DNA of 63,459 nucleotides, filler included, from Hausera hauseri (GCA_046269625.1; 11 parts of 11 records of this genome joined end to end with filler, not necessarily neighbours in it), one strand, 5' to 3'; positions 1 to 13,100 are shown, counted from the whole stretch's first letter. Notes: generated by a model from the sequence alone, not told the origin. Numbers and translations: made by a program.

Positions 1-596
1 GACGAACATAAAAAATCTTTTGACGACATGAAGCAAGATAAAGATAAGAAAATCTCGAGTCTTTATGACAAAATTAATAGTTTGACACAAGATCTCTGGA
101 GCTAAAAAGATATGGAATCACATGCCAAACAATACAAGAATCAATTTAACGAGCTTGTTAAAATGCACGGTGAAGAAAAGTTCAGGCTTAATGAAGAAAA
201 AAATCTACCCTAGGAAGTATTAGTCAACAATCATTGGAATTAAAGAACGCCACAGAAAACAAACATGAGGAACACGTGTCACAATTACTTGCAAAGACAA
301 ACGAGAAGCTAAAAGAAATTGAAAATGAATACGGTTCTAAATCGTTGCAGTCACATATTAATAATCTAACTTGGAAATTTAATACAGAAATAGAAAATTT
401 GCAAAAGGCTATGAAAATGAATATGGAGAGCGAGAAACAGAAAACACCTATAGGGCGTCGGCACAATACTTATCGGCAGGTAATGAAGTTAGTGATCCAT
501 CGAGATAGTATTACAGTACTTTGCAATCCATTCACCGAGAAAAACATGTTAATTGGAGCATACGTGATGTATTTATTATTGAAACAACGAAGATAA
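1..596 (+). pseudogene. Disrupted coiled-coil protein fragment
   Basis: K/E/L-rich helical reading frame from contig start with in-frame stops and a frameshift into ORF 234-596; family not recognised. Confidence 0.35.
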
Positions 597-1103
597 TTTC
601 GAAATTTCTTTTAAACAAACGGATAAATTACATTACAACGACGAATGAACTACATCAATTAAAGGATATAATCCGCGGTTTTCCCAGAGACCACGATTAT
701 TGGTCACGTACTGAACAGCAAAGAAACCCAACGATCCCGCGCTTTACAACTGTTCTGGAATCATGATTTAAAAAAAGGTCAGTGAATTTGTTCTATTGCT
801 CTTTTCTTAGTTTGCAAAATCGTGCCAACCAAAGTCATACCTGTCGAAAGCACGTTCCAGGTCATATCACGAGGTGCTAATCCAAAACCTTATAATTAAT
901 GTTATTGAAAATTCTTATCCACAAATTTCACATTCAACTCTTAATTTAAATGGAGGTGTCAAAATAATGTGTGATACTATTGTCAAAATTAGGCTACGTC
1001 GTCATAACTTAGTTATTTTAAGCGTGTTAGGAACAAAGATGACACATACCGAAATGACATTTATTTTAAATTACGAATGCGTGAGGGGAGTTAAAAAACT
1101 CGA

Positions 1104-1220
1104 TGACGCCAAACATCAACCAAGTTGCAGGCGCAGGACGTCTTTTCCAGCGTTTTTCACCCCAGTCAGGCAAACCGATTGTCACATCGCAGGGATTATG
1201 CGGACGCCCGTGTCTTANNN
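1104..1220 (+). repeat. Putative short 5' LTR of gypsy element (boundaries uncertain)
   Basis: GC-richer ~100 bp island before the gag leader; the N-gap is followed by CGAC, compatible with a tRNA-Trp PBS (TGGTGACCCCGAC) hidden in the gap. Confidence 0.4.
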
Positions 1221-1519
1221 NNNNNNNCGACCTATGTGACATTTTCGTTCCTCTCGTCTTATTATTCGAAAATAAGCATACGCAAACTTTCTACATACAC
1301 AAATCAATAACAATTGCAAACTTTTCAGACATTACGGCGACAAACAACTCGCTAATTTTCGCCTTAGTTATAACAAAATTTTTCTTCGACAATCCGACAT
1401 TACAACAAGTTGCACTCATTCATCTTCAACATCTATACTCACCGTACATTACCGTCTGCTAGGTGGATCTGATCCAAAAGCATCTTCCAAGGACCAACAA
1501 GATTTTGCCAACATTCCTA

Positions 1520-2518
1520 CTATATGTGTACTGTTAAATCCGCCTCTATCTCCGTCGTATACTATAAATCTACCTTGCGTAGAATACTTCGTCGACAAGC
1601 AACACTCCAGCCGGACGTGGTTAGATTTTCATGCGGCTTGGTTGAAGTCAAATAATATTCTCGACTCGTTTCTTAAAGCAAACAGCTTGCTGATACTTCT
1701 GCCTTCCAACATTAAGTCGCAACTTTCTAGCTTGTCGGAAATTTTCCAAAGTAGTGAACCATACAAAACACTTTTAGTTCGGTCCTAAAAATCACAGAAC
1801 CATCTCTTGATAATACTATCCATAAATATTTTAACGACAACACAATAGGAAATCAAAAACTCTCTGAATTTTTACAAACATCTTTAACCCAATTAAACAA
1901 GTTATGAGTAAATCAGACAAACAATGCCGACTTATTGCATAAATATTTCCTTCAATCGTTACCGAAAGAAATACGCGCCTTATTAACCGTATTGAAGATA
2001 CCGCTACGTTAAAAAAGTTAGCACGACTGGCTGATAAAAGTTACGAAATATTAAATGCACACCATACTCCTATCGTCGCAGCCACATTACAACCACCTTT
2101 GACACCACCTAAAGCTGAAATCTTAGTGCTGAATAACCAAATAAATGCTGTCCGGGCTGAAAACATGGCTATACACCAAGCCATTTCTGCTTTAACTTAT
2201 AAATTGGACAATTTATCCATGCCGCGACGAGGTCGATTCACACCCAATCATATCCGTGCTACATCGCAAAATTCAAAATCCACTAGGTCCCCAACTCGAC
2301 CTATGGTGTGCTATTATCACACTAAATGCAAGGACCAATCAAACAAATTTTGCCTGTGTGTAAATTCTTTACACCAGCTTTTCAAAAATCCGACATTGTT
2401 TGTATTTATCATAATAGGTTCAGCAATAAAGCCCGAAACTGCATCAACGGTTGCACGTTTTTCAGTCGACTTAACCAATTCCATTGGAATTCTCCCGACT
2501 CTCCAAATCCTACTATAA
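1520..2518 (+). pseudogene. gag: gag (frameshifted) with two CHCC-type motifs
   Basis: CVEYFVDKQHSSRTWLDFH N-terminal block; CYYHTKCKD..C.C and CIYHNRFSNKARNCINGC. Confidence 0.8.
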
Positions 2519-2665
2519 AAAAACCGACAAAGCCACCAGATATTTCGGCACATACTGGCACAGGCAAACGTCTTCATTCTAATAGCCGTAACTATGCTGT
2601 TTTCACATTAAAAGCCTCCTTAACATCCAAACCCAATCAAACAATCAACTTCCATATTGACTCAG

Positions 2666-2842
2666 TAAAGAAGACTTTGCTCGGCAAAGTCGGAGGATCG
2701 AAATCCTGAAGTTCATCTGCATTGTTTTCGCTCATAATTGAAATAAGTCCAAAGAGTTTCTAAAGTATTTATTTATCCAATATTTAAACAAATTTAAAAT
2801 AAATAATAATTTGCTTATTATTTATTTTCGCTTTTCCATTAC
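2666..2842. mobile_element. 177-bp insertion in the protease active-site codons, flanked by TGACTCAG duplication
   Basis: TGACTCAG at 2658-2665 and 2843-2850; removal restores IDSGAAVS as in the paralog near 63240. Confidence 0.75.
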
Positions 2843-3248
2843 TGACTCAGGGGCTGCTGTTTCTTGGTTACCACCATCCATCAAAACACCATCCAACTCA
2901 CCATATAACACTAAATTATACACAGCTAACGGCCGAGCTTTACGCATTTTCGGTACGTCCAAAGTTTCATTCACTTTACCACCATTCTCCGACATTTTCA
3001 ATTGGACGTTCATCGTTGCCGACACACAATCTCCAATTCTTGGGCCTGATTTCTTATCCTTCTACAACCTCCTCGTAGATTGTAGACAACGTCGGATCAT
3101 TAAATGCAGTTCAACAAAGCCGACTCCTACAAATATCCAACCGATCATGCAGCCTATCTCAACTATAAAATCAATATTGAAGAAACCATTAATCAATGTG
3201 AATTAAAACCTTACTGATAAAACCAATATAAACAATTCTACTTTTCTG

Positions 3249-4497
3249 TTGAAGTCCGATTTAGGCGGCCCAATTTTTACCACATCTCACACTAAGTCCG
3301 ATCAAACCTTTACTGTGCTTAGCCAAGAAATGCAACAATATTTAATCAAGTTGTGTTTCTATACAATTAAAATAGACCCAGCATTTCGACCGGCTAACAC
3401 GACGTTTCATCATATCATCACAGAAAATCTTTGGTCCGATAGGCAGAAACTGCGCCAACTTTCACCACGCCGTCGACAGGCAGTCCAAAAGAAATTCTCT
3501 GCACTCGAACAAGCTGGCATAATAAAACGGTCAAAATCACCGTGGACATTACCACTCCACGTCTTCCCGAAAAAAGATGGCACATTACGTCCATGCTGCG
3601 ATTATCGGCAACTAAATAACGTCACAACCATGGACGCTTATTCTCTACCTTTGATTAAAGATATATTACATTTCTTACACACGACAACAATCTATTCGAC
3701 CATAGATCTCGAAAAAGCCTACCACCAAATACCGGTAGCACCAGAAGACATCCCCAAAACGGCCATAATAACACCTTTTGGTCTTTTCGAATATGCATTC
3801 AGGCCGTTCGGTTTAAAAAACGCAGCAGAAACTTTTCTACGGCACACTAATTCAGTCCTTTCAGGTTTGCCATTTGTATATCCGTACATTAATGACATAC
3901 TACTCGCATCGGCATCGCCCAAGCAGCATAAAGAACATCTCAGACTAGTTTTCCAACGCCTGCACAACTACAATTTGCAAGTGAACTTTTCTAAGTGTTC
4001 CGTCTTTCAGAAAAAGGTCAATTTCCTTGACCACGTCATTACACCTGACGATCACAGTCAACAGCCTGATACAATCCATCAGCTACGAAACATCGAGCTA
4101 TCAAAAACCACTACTGACATGCGTAGTTTCCTTGGGACTTTACATTTTGTCCATAAATACGTCCCACACTGTAGCCTTTTAACTGCTCTTTTCGCTCAAC
4201 TAGGAGCAGGGCCAAAGGAAAAGCCCGTATATTGGACACCAGAAGTTGTTAAGCAGTTTGATGAACTCCGCAACAAGCTTAAAACAGTCGAGATTTTAGC
4301 TTACTCAAAACATGATTCTGATCTCATTTTAACAACCGACGCATCAACTACAGCAGTAGGAGCGGTTCTTCATTAAATATTTCAAGGTACAAACGAGCCG
4401 TTTGAATTTTTTTCACGCAAGCTACAGCCACAAAAAAGCCGTTATTTTATCTTCGATAGAGAACTCCTGCCCATTGTTTTAGTTGTGAAACATTTCC
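3249..4497 (+). pseudogene. pol: pol RT-RNase H
   Basis: ORF 3249-4376 with RT motifs; YxDD mutated to YIND; RH continues past a TAA. Confidence 0.92.
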
Positions 4498-4970
4498 AAC
4501 GAAAGAAAGAACAGAATAACGCTTGAATAGAGTGAATAACCATTGTTGTCGCTGCCAGCGATCGTTGTATATATTCTACGCTCCGCCGTGTTGTACTACA
4601 AGTTAAGGTCACTACTATAATTATCTGTAGTCACTTCGGTCACTAGTATAACTGATCAAAGAGAAGTTAAGTTTTCCACGGGAATCTTTGTAGTGAATCT
4701 TCAACGCCGTCTGGTAGACTTGAGTTTGGGCAGAACTGCAAACTCTAAGTACATTGTGTAGTATTACTAACGATAAACGGTAAACTAAGGTTTCTAAAAC
4801 GAATGATCAGATATGAAACTAAGGATGGTTGTACGTTCAGCAAACTATCTGGCGGATCCAATGGCGGAGCATGGAATTTTTCAAAGTGTTATCACATTAT
4901 ATTATTAGTCTAATGTCACTACTCACTACTGTTTACCCATAGATTAAGGCATTAAGCAAAGTTTTTACTA

Positions 4971-5345
4971 GATAAGATAAGATGAGATCTTTATTTAACC
5001 AGGGTTGATAAATAGGCAGTATTCCATTTTTACATTTGTGCCCAGGGGGTGGATTTTTCCTAGAATTTGGCACAGACAGCGGCGGTTAAGCCTACCCTTT
5101 TTTGGATTTCCAATTGCCAAGGGATTTTTAACGTGCACGACAATATACACGGACATCCGATCTCACTACCCAGAGATCAGGGGGATTTATTACTAGAAGG
5201 TCCAGGAGAAAAAAATCCCAAGTGCTTCCACAGGGATTCGAACCACGTACCTCTAGCACTCGAGGCGAACGGAAAAACAAATTCCGAATGCTTTCACCAG
5301 GATTTAAACTTATGTAATTGTATTGCTTGTCACGATGGACTGGCC
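4971..5345 (-). mobile_element. tRNA-derived SINE-like element
   Basis: Minus-strand B-box GGTTCGAATCCC (5233-5244), 3' AATAAA plus (TCTTA)n tail; 3' portion recurs at 28301-28433. Confidence 0.6.
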
Positions 5346-5464
5346 ATCTGTTGTGAGTTTTAGTGGGGCCCTGGGGGATCTGGGGAAATCAGGAGTGGTA
5401 GCATCGTTCGGGAATGAGCGGTCGCACTTGCTCAGTGGCTCAAACCTGTCTGTCCACCTTGATC

Positions 5465-5564
5465 NNNNNNNNNNNNNNNNNNNNNNNNNNNNNNNNNNNN
5501 NNNNNNNNTTAATTAATTAANNNNNNNNNNNNNNNNNNNNNNNNNNNNNNNNNNNNNNNNNNNN
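5465..5564. other. Artificial contig linker (also 11531-11630, 16171-16270, 22743-22842, 28721-28820, 33049-33148, 37323-37422, 43125-43224, 54246-54345, 58538-58637)
   Basis: Identical N44-TTAATTAATTAA-N44 blocks giving stops in all six frames. Confidence 0.99.
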
Positions 5565-6198
5565 TGAGAATATTGCCATAAGAATCACATGACGCACTGT
5601 ACATATTTACAAAACTGGCGAACCATTCCAATAGATAATGAATACAATCGTGTGGCCGTCAGTAATGCGATGAGTGGTATTCAATAAGTCCGATGGCTGC
5701 GGAAATGTTAGTAAAATATCACTGTCAGTGTCTTGACGACAGCAGATGCCACATCGAGTCCGTCAGGCAAAAGACATGTTGTTATGACGTTGGTCGAATG
5801 TTACAGTAATGATAAAGCACTCAAAAATTTGTTCATTGTTGTGAGTATTGGAAGACTAATTGAACGACGGTCCAGGAGGGAAATTATCCCGTTACAATGC
5901 ATATGTTTTTATCAACAGATTGCTATTGAACAGAAATATGTTCGACATCATACTCGAATATGCCTTACGCGGAACGGTATCCATCAGTTCCTGGACTTGC
6001 GCGTCGCCCGGGGCAAAACAAACCCCCGATCTCGTCCGGCCAAGGGGCAAACCTTATTCGCATCACAATGCTGATGAAATTTAATATAAATACAAGCCGT
6101 AATTGGAAATAAATCATTTTTTAAAAAGTGGAATACAAACCCTGCTGTCTTTGATTAGATGTTGACGATTATAGTAAAGTCATAATTTTTGATCCAAA

Positions 6199-6837
6199 TG
6201 AAGAAAATAAAGCCATAATTACTGATGAAACTTTTATGAATGGAAAAATAGCGGATTCAAGTGAAGAATTTGATGAAATTGATCTGAATGAAAACAAAAT
6301 AGCCGATGACTAAATTATTATAGATTAAACTGTTGAAGATAAAAAATTTAATGAAAACAGTGGTAAAGTAGCTGATGGTGAAATTGTAATGGATGAAAGT
6401 GATGCAGATGAAGTAATTGATTCAACTGAAGAAGAATATGTTGATAGAGAACCTCTGACAAACGTATAATTTTATACTGTATTCAATATGACCTATTTAA
6501 TTATTTTAATAGGATTGTAAAAGTTCAGAAGAGTGTAAAACAACAAATGATGAAAGTTCAGATGAGAGCAAAAGAACGTTTAATGATTATGTGGATCAAC
6601 TAACAATAATCTCCCAGACGCTTATGAAAAGGATTTCGATATTACCAATCTTCTTAAACAATTAACTGATACAATTGAAAGTGGTATATTTTACAAATCA
6701 AGAATTATGCCTGAAGCTAAATTACCAACAACTGTCCGAGAACATATTGAATTATTCACTCGATGTATGATTATTTATGACATCATAATGAATGTTGGTG
6801 CGAAAGAGATGGAACAAAGAAAAGACTTGCATGTTTA
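6199..6837 (+). pseudogene. Acidic protein gene, disrupted, with probable 49-nt intron (6464-6512)
   Basis: D/E-rich frame; removing GT..AG joins EPLTN to DCKSSEECK in frame; AATAAA follows near 6853. Confidence 0.4.
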
Positions 6838-6916
6838 GTAAACTGTTATATAATAAAACTTTTGTGTTTTGTGTTCTATAAAAACAAGTCACTGAATACA
6901 AGATTTATTACAACAA

Positions 6917-7177
6917 TCATTGACCATATTTAGTAAAGTCATTAATTGCATTGTTCAGTTCCTTGTGATTGTTTTGCAATTCTTCCACCATTTTGATTAT
7001 TTTACCGATCATTGGACTGACATTAATCAATCTATTTCGTATCACTACCAGCAATATCCCTGGTGCAACATATGCTAAATCATTTGTTGTAGTAAACAGT
7101 TTTTGCACTGTATTCAATGCACTGTGAATTTCTTCTTCTTTCAACTGTAGCAATACTGAAGCAGCCGTCATTCGCAT
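6917..7177 (-). CDS. Small hypothetical Polinton cargo protein (86 aa)
   Basis: ATG-started intact ORF, TATAAA upstream, same position relative to TIR as the RING gene at 32089. Confidence 0.5.
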   Translation of the reverse strand: MRMTAASVLLQLKEEEIHSALNTVQKLFTTTNDLAYVAPGILLVVIRNRLINVSPMIGKIIKMVEELQNNHKELNNAINDFTKYGQ

Positions 7178-7264
7178 TTTGAAATTAGATAGTGTTTTCG
7201 AGTCAATTGCCTGATAGATTTTACATTGATCTGATTTTTAATGCCTATGTTTATATCCGACTAC

Positions 7265-7559
7265 CAAAATTAAAACAAAAGGGGTGGGAATAGTGAAACC
7301 CAATCTACCACAGAAATCCCTTTGTTCATAACCAAAATTTAAACAATTTTTACGCGCCAAGTTCAAATTTTTATCCCTACCTAAAATCCATACAGTACGC
7401 CTGCTTGTGTGTATCCACTTTGTGACTGTGTGTTTCCCATCTCCACCCTATTAAACGTGCGTGTGTATATAGTTTCTTTTACCCCATGACTCATCCGCGA
7501 ACCATGTGCTTTTCTTCCATCCCGGGGGGCTTGCGGCCATATGCTCACATCTACCTACT
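7265..7559 (-). repeat. Polinton terminal inverted repeat
   Basis: AGTAG terminus, conserved GGTTCG..ATGAGTCAT and TTTCACTATTCCCA blocks shared with other copies. Confidence 0.78.
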
Positions 7560-10500
7560 ATCAACAATATCATTCACAGGCTCCATGGTTTGATTATTTT
7601 TTCATTCATTGATTTCCAAAAAGCATACCACCAAATTCCGGTGGCCCCAGCAGACATTCCGTAAACGGCTGTCATTAAACCTTTCGGCCTTTTCGAATAC
7701 CTTTTCATGCCTTTTGGACTGCGTAGCGCTTCCCAGACCTTCCAAAGGCATATTGATACAGTTCTCTCAATTGTAGATTTTGCTTATCCCTATATCGGTG
7801 ATATCCTAATTGCATCATCTTCCTCGAAACAACACTCCAAGCACTTACGTTTAATCTTCCAGCCCTTGCTCCAAAACAACTTGCAAATTAATTTCTCCAA
7901 ATTCACTTTTTTTTCAACATAAGGTCAACTTACTAGGACATGTTATTAGCTCTTCCGGACATTCACCTCAGCCAGACCGAATCACACAGCTAAAAAACAC
8001 GCAGCTACCACGTACATCAACAGAGATGCGTTCTTTTCTCGGAATCTTGCACTTTATTCATAAGTATATTCCACACTGCTCCACCCTAACCGCTCCATTT
8101 GCATCACTAAGCTCTGGCAAGAAAAAACAGTCTATTTAGTGGACCACAAATGGACCATACCGACTCCCACGTATGCATCCACAACAGCTGCAGGTGCTGT
8201 CCTTCATCAAGTTAAAAATGGATCCAACGAGTTATTAGATTTCTTTTCTCGAAAATTCGCGTTACAAAAGCAAAGATATTCCACCTTTGACAGAGAGTTG
8301 CTTGCAATGGTCCTCGCCGTAAAACACTTTAAGCATCTGCTAACCGCACGAACCTTTACAATACAAACGGACCACAAGCCCTTGTTTTAAATTCTCACCA
8401 TGAAATCGCCTTCTCCACGTCAGGAGAGGAAAATATCGTATTTATCCCCATTTAATTTTGAAATTAAGCACCTAAACAGAGTCGACAATTTAGTAGCTGA
8501 CTTTTTGTCCCGATTGGTCAGCTCTATTGATTGTACACCTATTTTCCCTCAATCCGAACTTCAACAAAACCAGCCACCCCCTGATATCATTAAGTCTTTT
8601 AAATAGTGCAAAACCATCGACGGTGTGGCTTTTGAAACCTCCAAACCTAATAATCTTAAAGTCATTCTTTCTGAATCGCTTCAAAAAGAAGCATTTAACA
8701 ACATCCATTCACTGCACCATTCTGGTGCCAAGGTCACTTTTCGACTCTTACAAGTAGTATGGCCGTCGATGCGCACTAACGTGCAGGCATGGGTTAGGCA
8801 ATGTGTGGCATGCCAAAAATATAAAGTCACGAAGCATTTAATGCCACTACTATACCATTTTCCCTGAACGTCTCGTTTTGAATCTGTTAACATTGACCTT
8901 GTAGGTTCACTACCTTTAAACAACGGCCATCAGTTCATCCTCACAATGATGGACCGTTCATCATGATGGCCAGAGGCTGTTTCGCTTCGGAGCACCAACA
9001 CAGAAACAATCGCAGACGTTTTCATCCGCAATTGGATCAGCGGGTTTGGATCACCTCGCCACATAATTTTGGACCAAGGCCCACAATTCGTATCCAACCT
9101 GTTTAAAGCTGTTTTCAATCGGTTGGGAATTAACCACATTCACACGTCACTATATCATCCTCAATCGAATGGCCTTCTCGAACGCTTTCACCGAACGATG
9201 AAAACGTCTCTCAAAATCCTTGCTGTGTTCAATCGCAGTTGGACTTCACTCCTTCCATACGTTCTGTTTGGCTGGCGGAACACACCATCTACTTCTACAG
9301 GCTGTTCACCTGCAGAAGCATTATTTGATACTTCTATCACATCAGTATTCGAGCTGGCTGAGATGGACAATATTTTTACAGACGAAACCATACAAGCGTC
9401 CCAGATATACTTTGTTTCGATCAGCAAAGACTCATTTTGTAGACTATTACACGGAAATACACCTTACATACCCGACAATTTATATACTGCCAAGCCCACA
9501 TCTACAACGCTAAACCGGCCTTCTTCATTGACGATACGTTTCCCATCGAAACCACATCTCTACCGGTATCTTTACACGACGCGCAGCAATCCAAAAATTT
9601 ACTCCCCATGTCTATTCAATTTTTTAATCTATTTTTCCCTACGTTTTCTCCAAGGACATCGACTTCAATTTTGTCTGACCTTTCATCCCCCTTTCCCCAT
9701 CCGATTTTGCACCCTCAAGCCTTTTCACACCTCCTTCATCCCATGCTGACAACCTGTTTTCTCCTTTTACAAGACCTTTACAACCAAACACCATTTCGAT
9801 TTCACCAAACTGTCCATCTTCTTGCTCTTTTCCATTTTGTCCTTCTTCGCCGTCTTTTCTCTCTCTCTTTCCCCTTCCACACCTTCCTCATCTTCGGCGT
9901 TCCCTTCCTCCCTCTTTCCTTACACATCGTCTTTTACTCCTTTAGTCTCCCCTTCGCAACTTCCTTCTCCTTCTACTTCTATTCCTATCTCTCTCCCTTT
10001 CTTTACCACTCCCTCAGTCTCATTTTTTACTTCTACTCTTTCGTCTAACACAATTCCAATTTCTACTTCAGTCTTGTCTCTCCTCCTTCATCCGCCACTA
10101 CAATTTTTATCATTCCTTTGTCTTTCAACACTCTCTTGAATACCTTTAACCACCCGCCTTCAACAATCTCTCTTCCTCCTTCACCTTCTTATTCTCTTCA
10201 TTCTGACTCGTCTTTGCACAACACAACACTCACAACAAAATCCGACAATTTTTTCTCTAACTCCAAGCTCTGCAAGCAAACATATCGTATACAGACAAAA
10301 CACTCAGAGTCACATTTAGCAAGTATAGTAGGGAAAAATCAGTAGAAGGCACCCAATTTCTTGTTCACACTAAGACCAGCTGACACAGACACTTTTTTGT
10401 TTAGCGATTTTTTCTTTTCGTCTATTTTGATCTTTATAGCTTTTACTTTGCCACGTGGGGGGTGATGTGGTGCCCACAGCGGCCGGTGAACTTTGGCCCA

Positions 10501-10567
10501 TTTTGATTGGACACTGTCGGGCGTCAGTTGCTGTCGCGTCGGGCCCATAGTCGGGCCCGATCTTTCA
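7560..10567 (+). mobile_element. Degenerate CsRn1-like gypsy element, RT-RH-INT, S/P/T-rich tail, PPT, 3' LTR
   Basis: MPFGLRSASQTFQR, STFDRELL, TDHKPL, HH..C..C zinc-binding region, DQGPQF, YHPQSNGLLERFHR. Confidence 0.93.
10466..10567 (+). repeat. 102-bp 3' LTR (family A)
   Basis: TG...CA, preceded by purine tract GTGGGGGGTGA; homologous to 13305-13409 and 37868-37973. Confidence 0.8.
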
Positions 10568-12379
10568 ACCTTTTGCTCCAAAACTCAAAATCAAAAAGAT
10601 GTTCCCAATTGTCATCTATCATCGATCACGTCCACGCGATGACCAGCCAGTCAAGAAATGCTACTCCGCGCTCCCTCCGGTATTGGGACACGATAAACGC
10701 TCATATTTGCGAACCAAATAAAGTACCAATGTTAAGAGTTTTTCAGTTCTAAATACGCGAAATGCCCAAAAGGCCGTTGCTTTGGTAGCAATGAAAAAGT
10801 TGTGAACGATTTTAAAATAGTTTTACTATCGAAACCGTTTTCCGATTCGAATATTCCGCCTATGTTTTTTTTCGAAAGAATTATACGCAAGTCAACCACC
10901 AACAGGTACGTGAAGGACTGCATCAGTTAGTCAGCAATAGATCGGCGCAAAACAGTATAAAAGCTTTCGTACAAGGCCAACAAGGTATCTCTTCAAACCT
11001 TGTCGATCTGTATCCCAGAACGAATTCGGTATGGCCAAAACCCCATCCAAAAATCCTCCGATTTATTTAATGGGTGTGCCATCTTCCGGACCCAACCAGA
11101 ATCAAATCGTCACCGGTACTTCCAAAAAAATCAATTCGAAGTAGGGGAAAAATGCCAATCCTGTGCCACCCCCTCGCCACGACCCCGGTAGCAGAACAAA
11201 GCGTGATTGATGCGCAAAAAGGTAGTTGCTTGGTAGATTCGGTGATGAGGATTTATAAAAACGCACGGTGCACGGTGCACGATACACCACGGAAGTAGGG
11301 GACGTGCACAAGAAAAAGCGGATGTTAGAAAGAAATGATGCACGGTCATGTGTGACACATAGAAATGACGGGGCGTGCATAGTGCATTGAACGGTGAAGA
11401 TGCGAAGTCCGTCAGATGAAAGGAGGCCCCGTGGGGGATGGGGAAAAAGTAGCGCAGGATCGGCATATGGTTTCTGACGACGGCGGAAGCGTTATGGACC
11501 AACGGACAACGGTTCCGTAAGGTTCGGCCGNNNNNNNNNNNNNNNNNNNNNNNNNNNNNNNNNNNNNNNNNNNNTTAATTAATTAANNNNNNNNNNNNNN
11601 NNNNNNNNNNNNNNNNNNNNNNNNNNNNNNAATAGTTATGCAGCTTATCGTACAAGTGGTGCTGTGGAAGTTTTGTGAACGACGATTCAAATATTCCAAT
11701 CAATTGAAAGTTCAATTCTTTACTTTTCATATTGAATTAATTAGATGTGTTAAACTTGTCTCAAGTAAATAACATCTGATAATTAATCTTTTGGATTAAC
11801 TTACATATTTTATGTTAGTAACAACATTTGTGTCATTCATATTATCATTACCCACTTTGAGGGATTTGTTCGATGATTATTGTGGCAATCCGAAACTGTC
11901 TATTACAACGATAACGTAATCTGCAAAATTGGTGTAAATTTGTTTCAAAATAACTTCCACAAAAATTGCATAGCTCGACAATTTCTTCGATTAGATATGA
12001 GATCTTCAAGTTGTATAGAATCTCCGTCCGTTCGAAGTTTTGCTTGAATTAAAGAAAATNNNNNNNNNNTTCAGTTGAAACTAATGCATCTCAGTCTTCG
12101 TCAAAACTGTCTTAACAGGCAAACGGTTTTTATTGTCATTTTCCGCAAGGGCTATCTCCAGTTTCTCAATGATATTACAAAAGAATGTTGATGGCATGGT
12201 TTAGTATTTTCCAAGACACCCATTAGTTCGACACGGTGCAGTAAAGATGATTTTTCGTAAAGGTTTGACTGGTTTTTGCATCTTGTGTTTATATGCGTGT
12301 TGTCCTTAATCTCTCTTGTGATGTTCAGCATTCACTTGCCGAATTTCGTCTCTGTTGAATTCTATCGGAAAAGTGAATT

Positions 12380-12525
12380 TTGCCAGACAAATTTTGCAAT
12401 ATACACATGGAATTTTCAACAACTTTGAAATTGATTTCGTGTTCTTCAATACTGTGTTGAATAATAAAACAGAGCGAGTTCGCCAAGTGTTTGATCGATC
12501 AAATTTGTTGGCGTAGAATTTGAGA
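12380..12525 (-). pseudogene. p120/delta-catenin family armadillo-repeat fragment
   Basis: LANSLCFIIQHSIEEHEINFKVVENSMCILQNLS resembles the delta-catenin block ..EIDSKTVENCVCILRNLS. Confidence 0.65.
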
Positions 12526-12529
12526 ACTA

Positions 12530-13100
12530 TTACTCATATTTTTTTAGAAATCCAGTAGTATATTCCAAAAGTGGACAGTGGAATTCCGACATTGCGTTAT
12601 CTGAACACTGTTCACTAGATTCGTTACTATCCGAGGTATTCTGAGTATCGATTGGTAGTTTCTTATGCTTCAGGATTATCTCATTTTTCAATTGATTTGG
12701 AGATGGAAGGCAGTTTTCATTATTACACTTTATAGGAGTCTTTAATAAGTAATCTTTGAATGTTTCTTGTACCACCTGAGAAATTTTAATCTGTTGTTGA
12801 ATACTGCAATGATTTTTAAGGGAGAGAATTAATGGGTAGTCTGATAGATACCACGAAAAATTATTGATGACCTTCAGTGCATCAATTAGTTGAATTTTTG
12901 ACGTTGGTGTATTGCCATGGTAGATAATAGGTTCTCGTTTACAGTTCCAACAGTCCAATTTAACGCAACGGCAACCCATTTGAATGCATCTAATGTAGGA
13001 TTTACAAAACGATTTACTTTATAGTTGATCACCGGTAAGTTACGAATTATGTGAAGTAGACATATAATATGATGACAAGCTTTGATCCATGTCTTGATAA
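12530..13100 (-). pseudogene. Phospholipase C (gamma-like) catalytic X-domain fragment
   Basis: YQDMDQSLSSYYMSTSHNS*LTGDQL*, GCRCVKLDCW, PLILSLKNHC, LPSPNQLK..IILKHKKL; two stops, no introns. Confidence 0.9.

Larger units (their letters stand above)
1104..4497 (+). mobile_element. Degenerate Ty3/gypsy LTR retrotransposon, CsRn1/Kabuki-like (gag-PR-RT-RH, 3' truncated)
   Basis: Gag with CYYH/CIYH..C..C motifs, protease DSGA, RT (DYRQLN, IDLEKAYHQI, PFGLKNA, YINDIL), RNase H (TDAS, FDRELL); many stops and frameshifts. Confidence 0.93.
5565..7559. mobile_element. Polinton/Maverick terminal segment with accessory ORFs
   Basis: Ends in a terminal repeat (minus strand AGTAGGTAGATGTGAG...) homologous to those next to PolB at 20014 and 31729. 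Confidence 0.7.

Noticed and set aside
2665-2850. Spliceosomal intron in the protease
   Set aside because: GT-AG removal leaves a 1-nt frameshift; a target-site duplication explains it better
5225-5320. tRNA gene
   Set aside because: Only B-box-like remnants, no full cloverleaf; part of a SINE-like repeat
9608-10139. Phe/Leu-rich ORFs resembling membrane proteins (also 13747-14181)
   Set aside because: By-product of the pyrimidine-rich low-complexity tail
11260-11530. GC-rich block with GTGCACG repeats at contig end
   Set aside because: No second copy or recognisable termini in the window; cannot be classified
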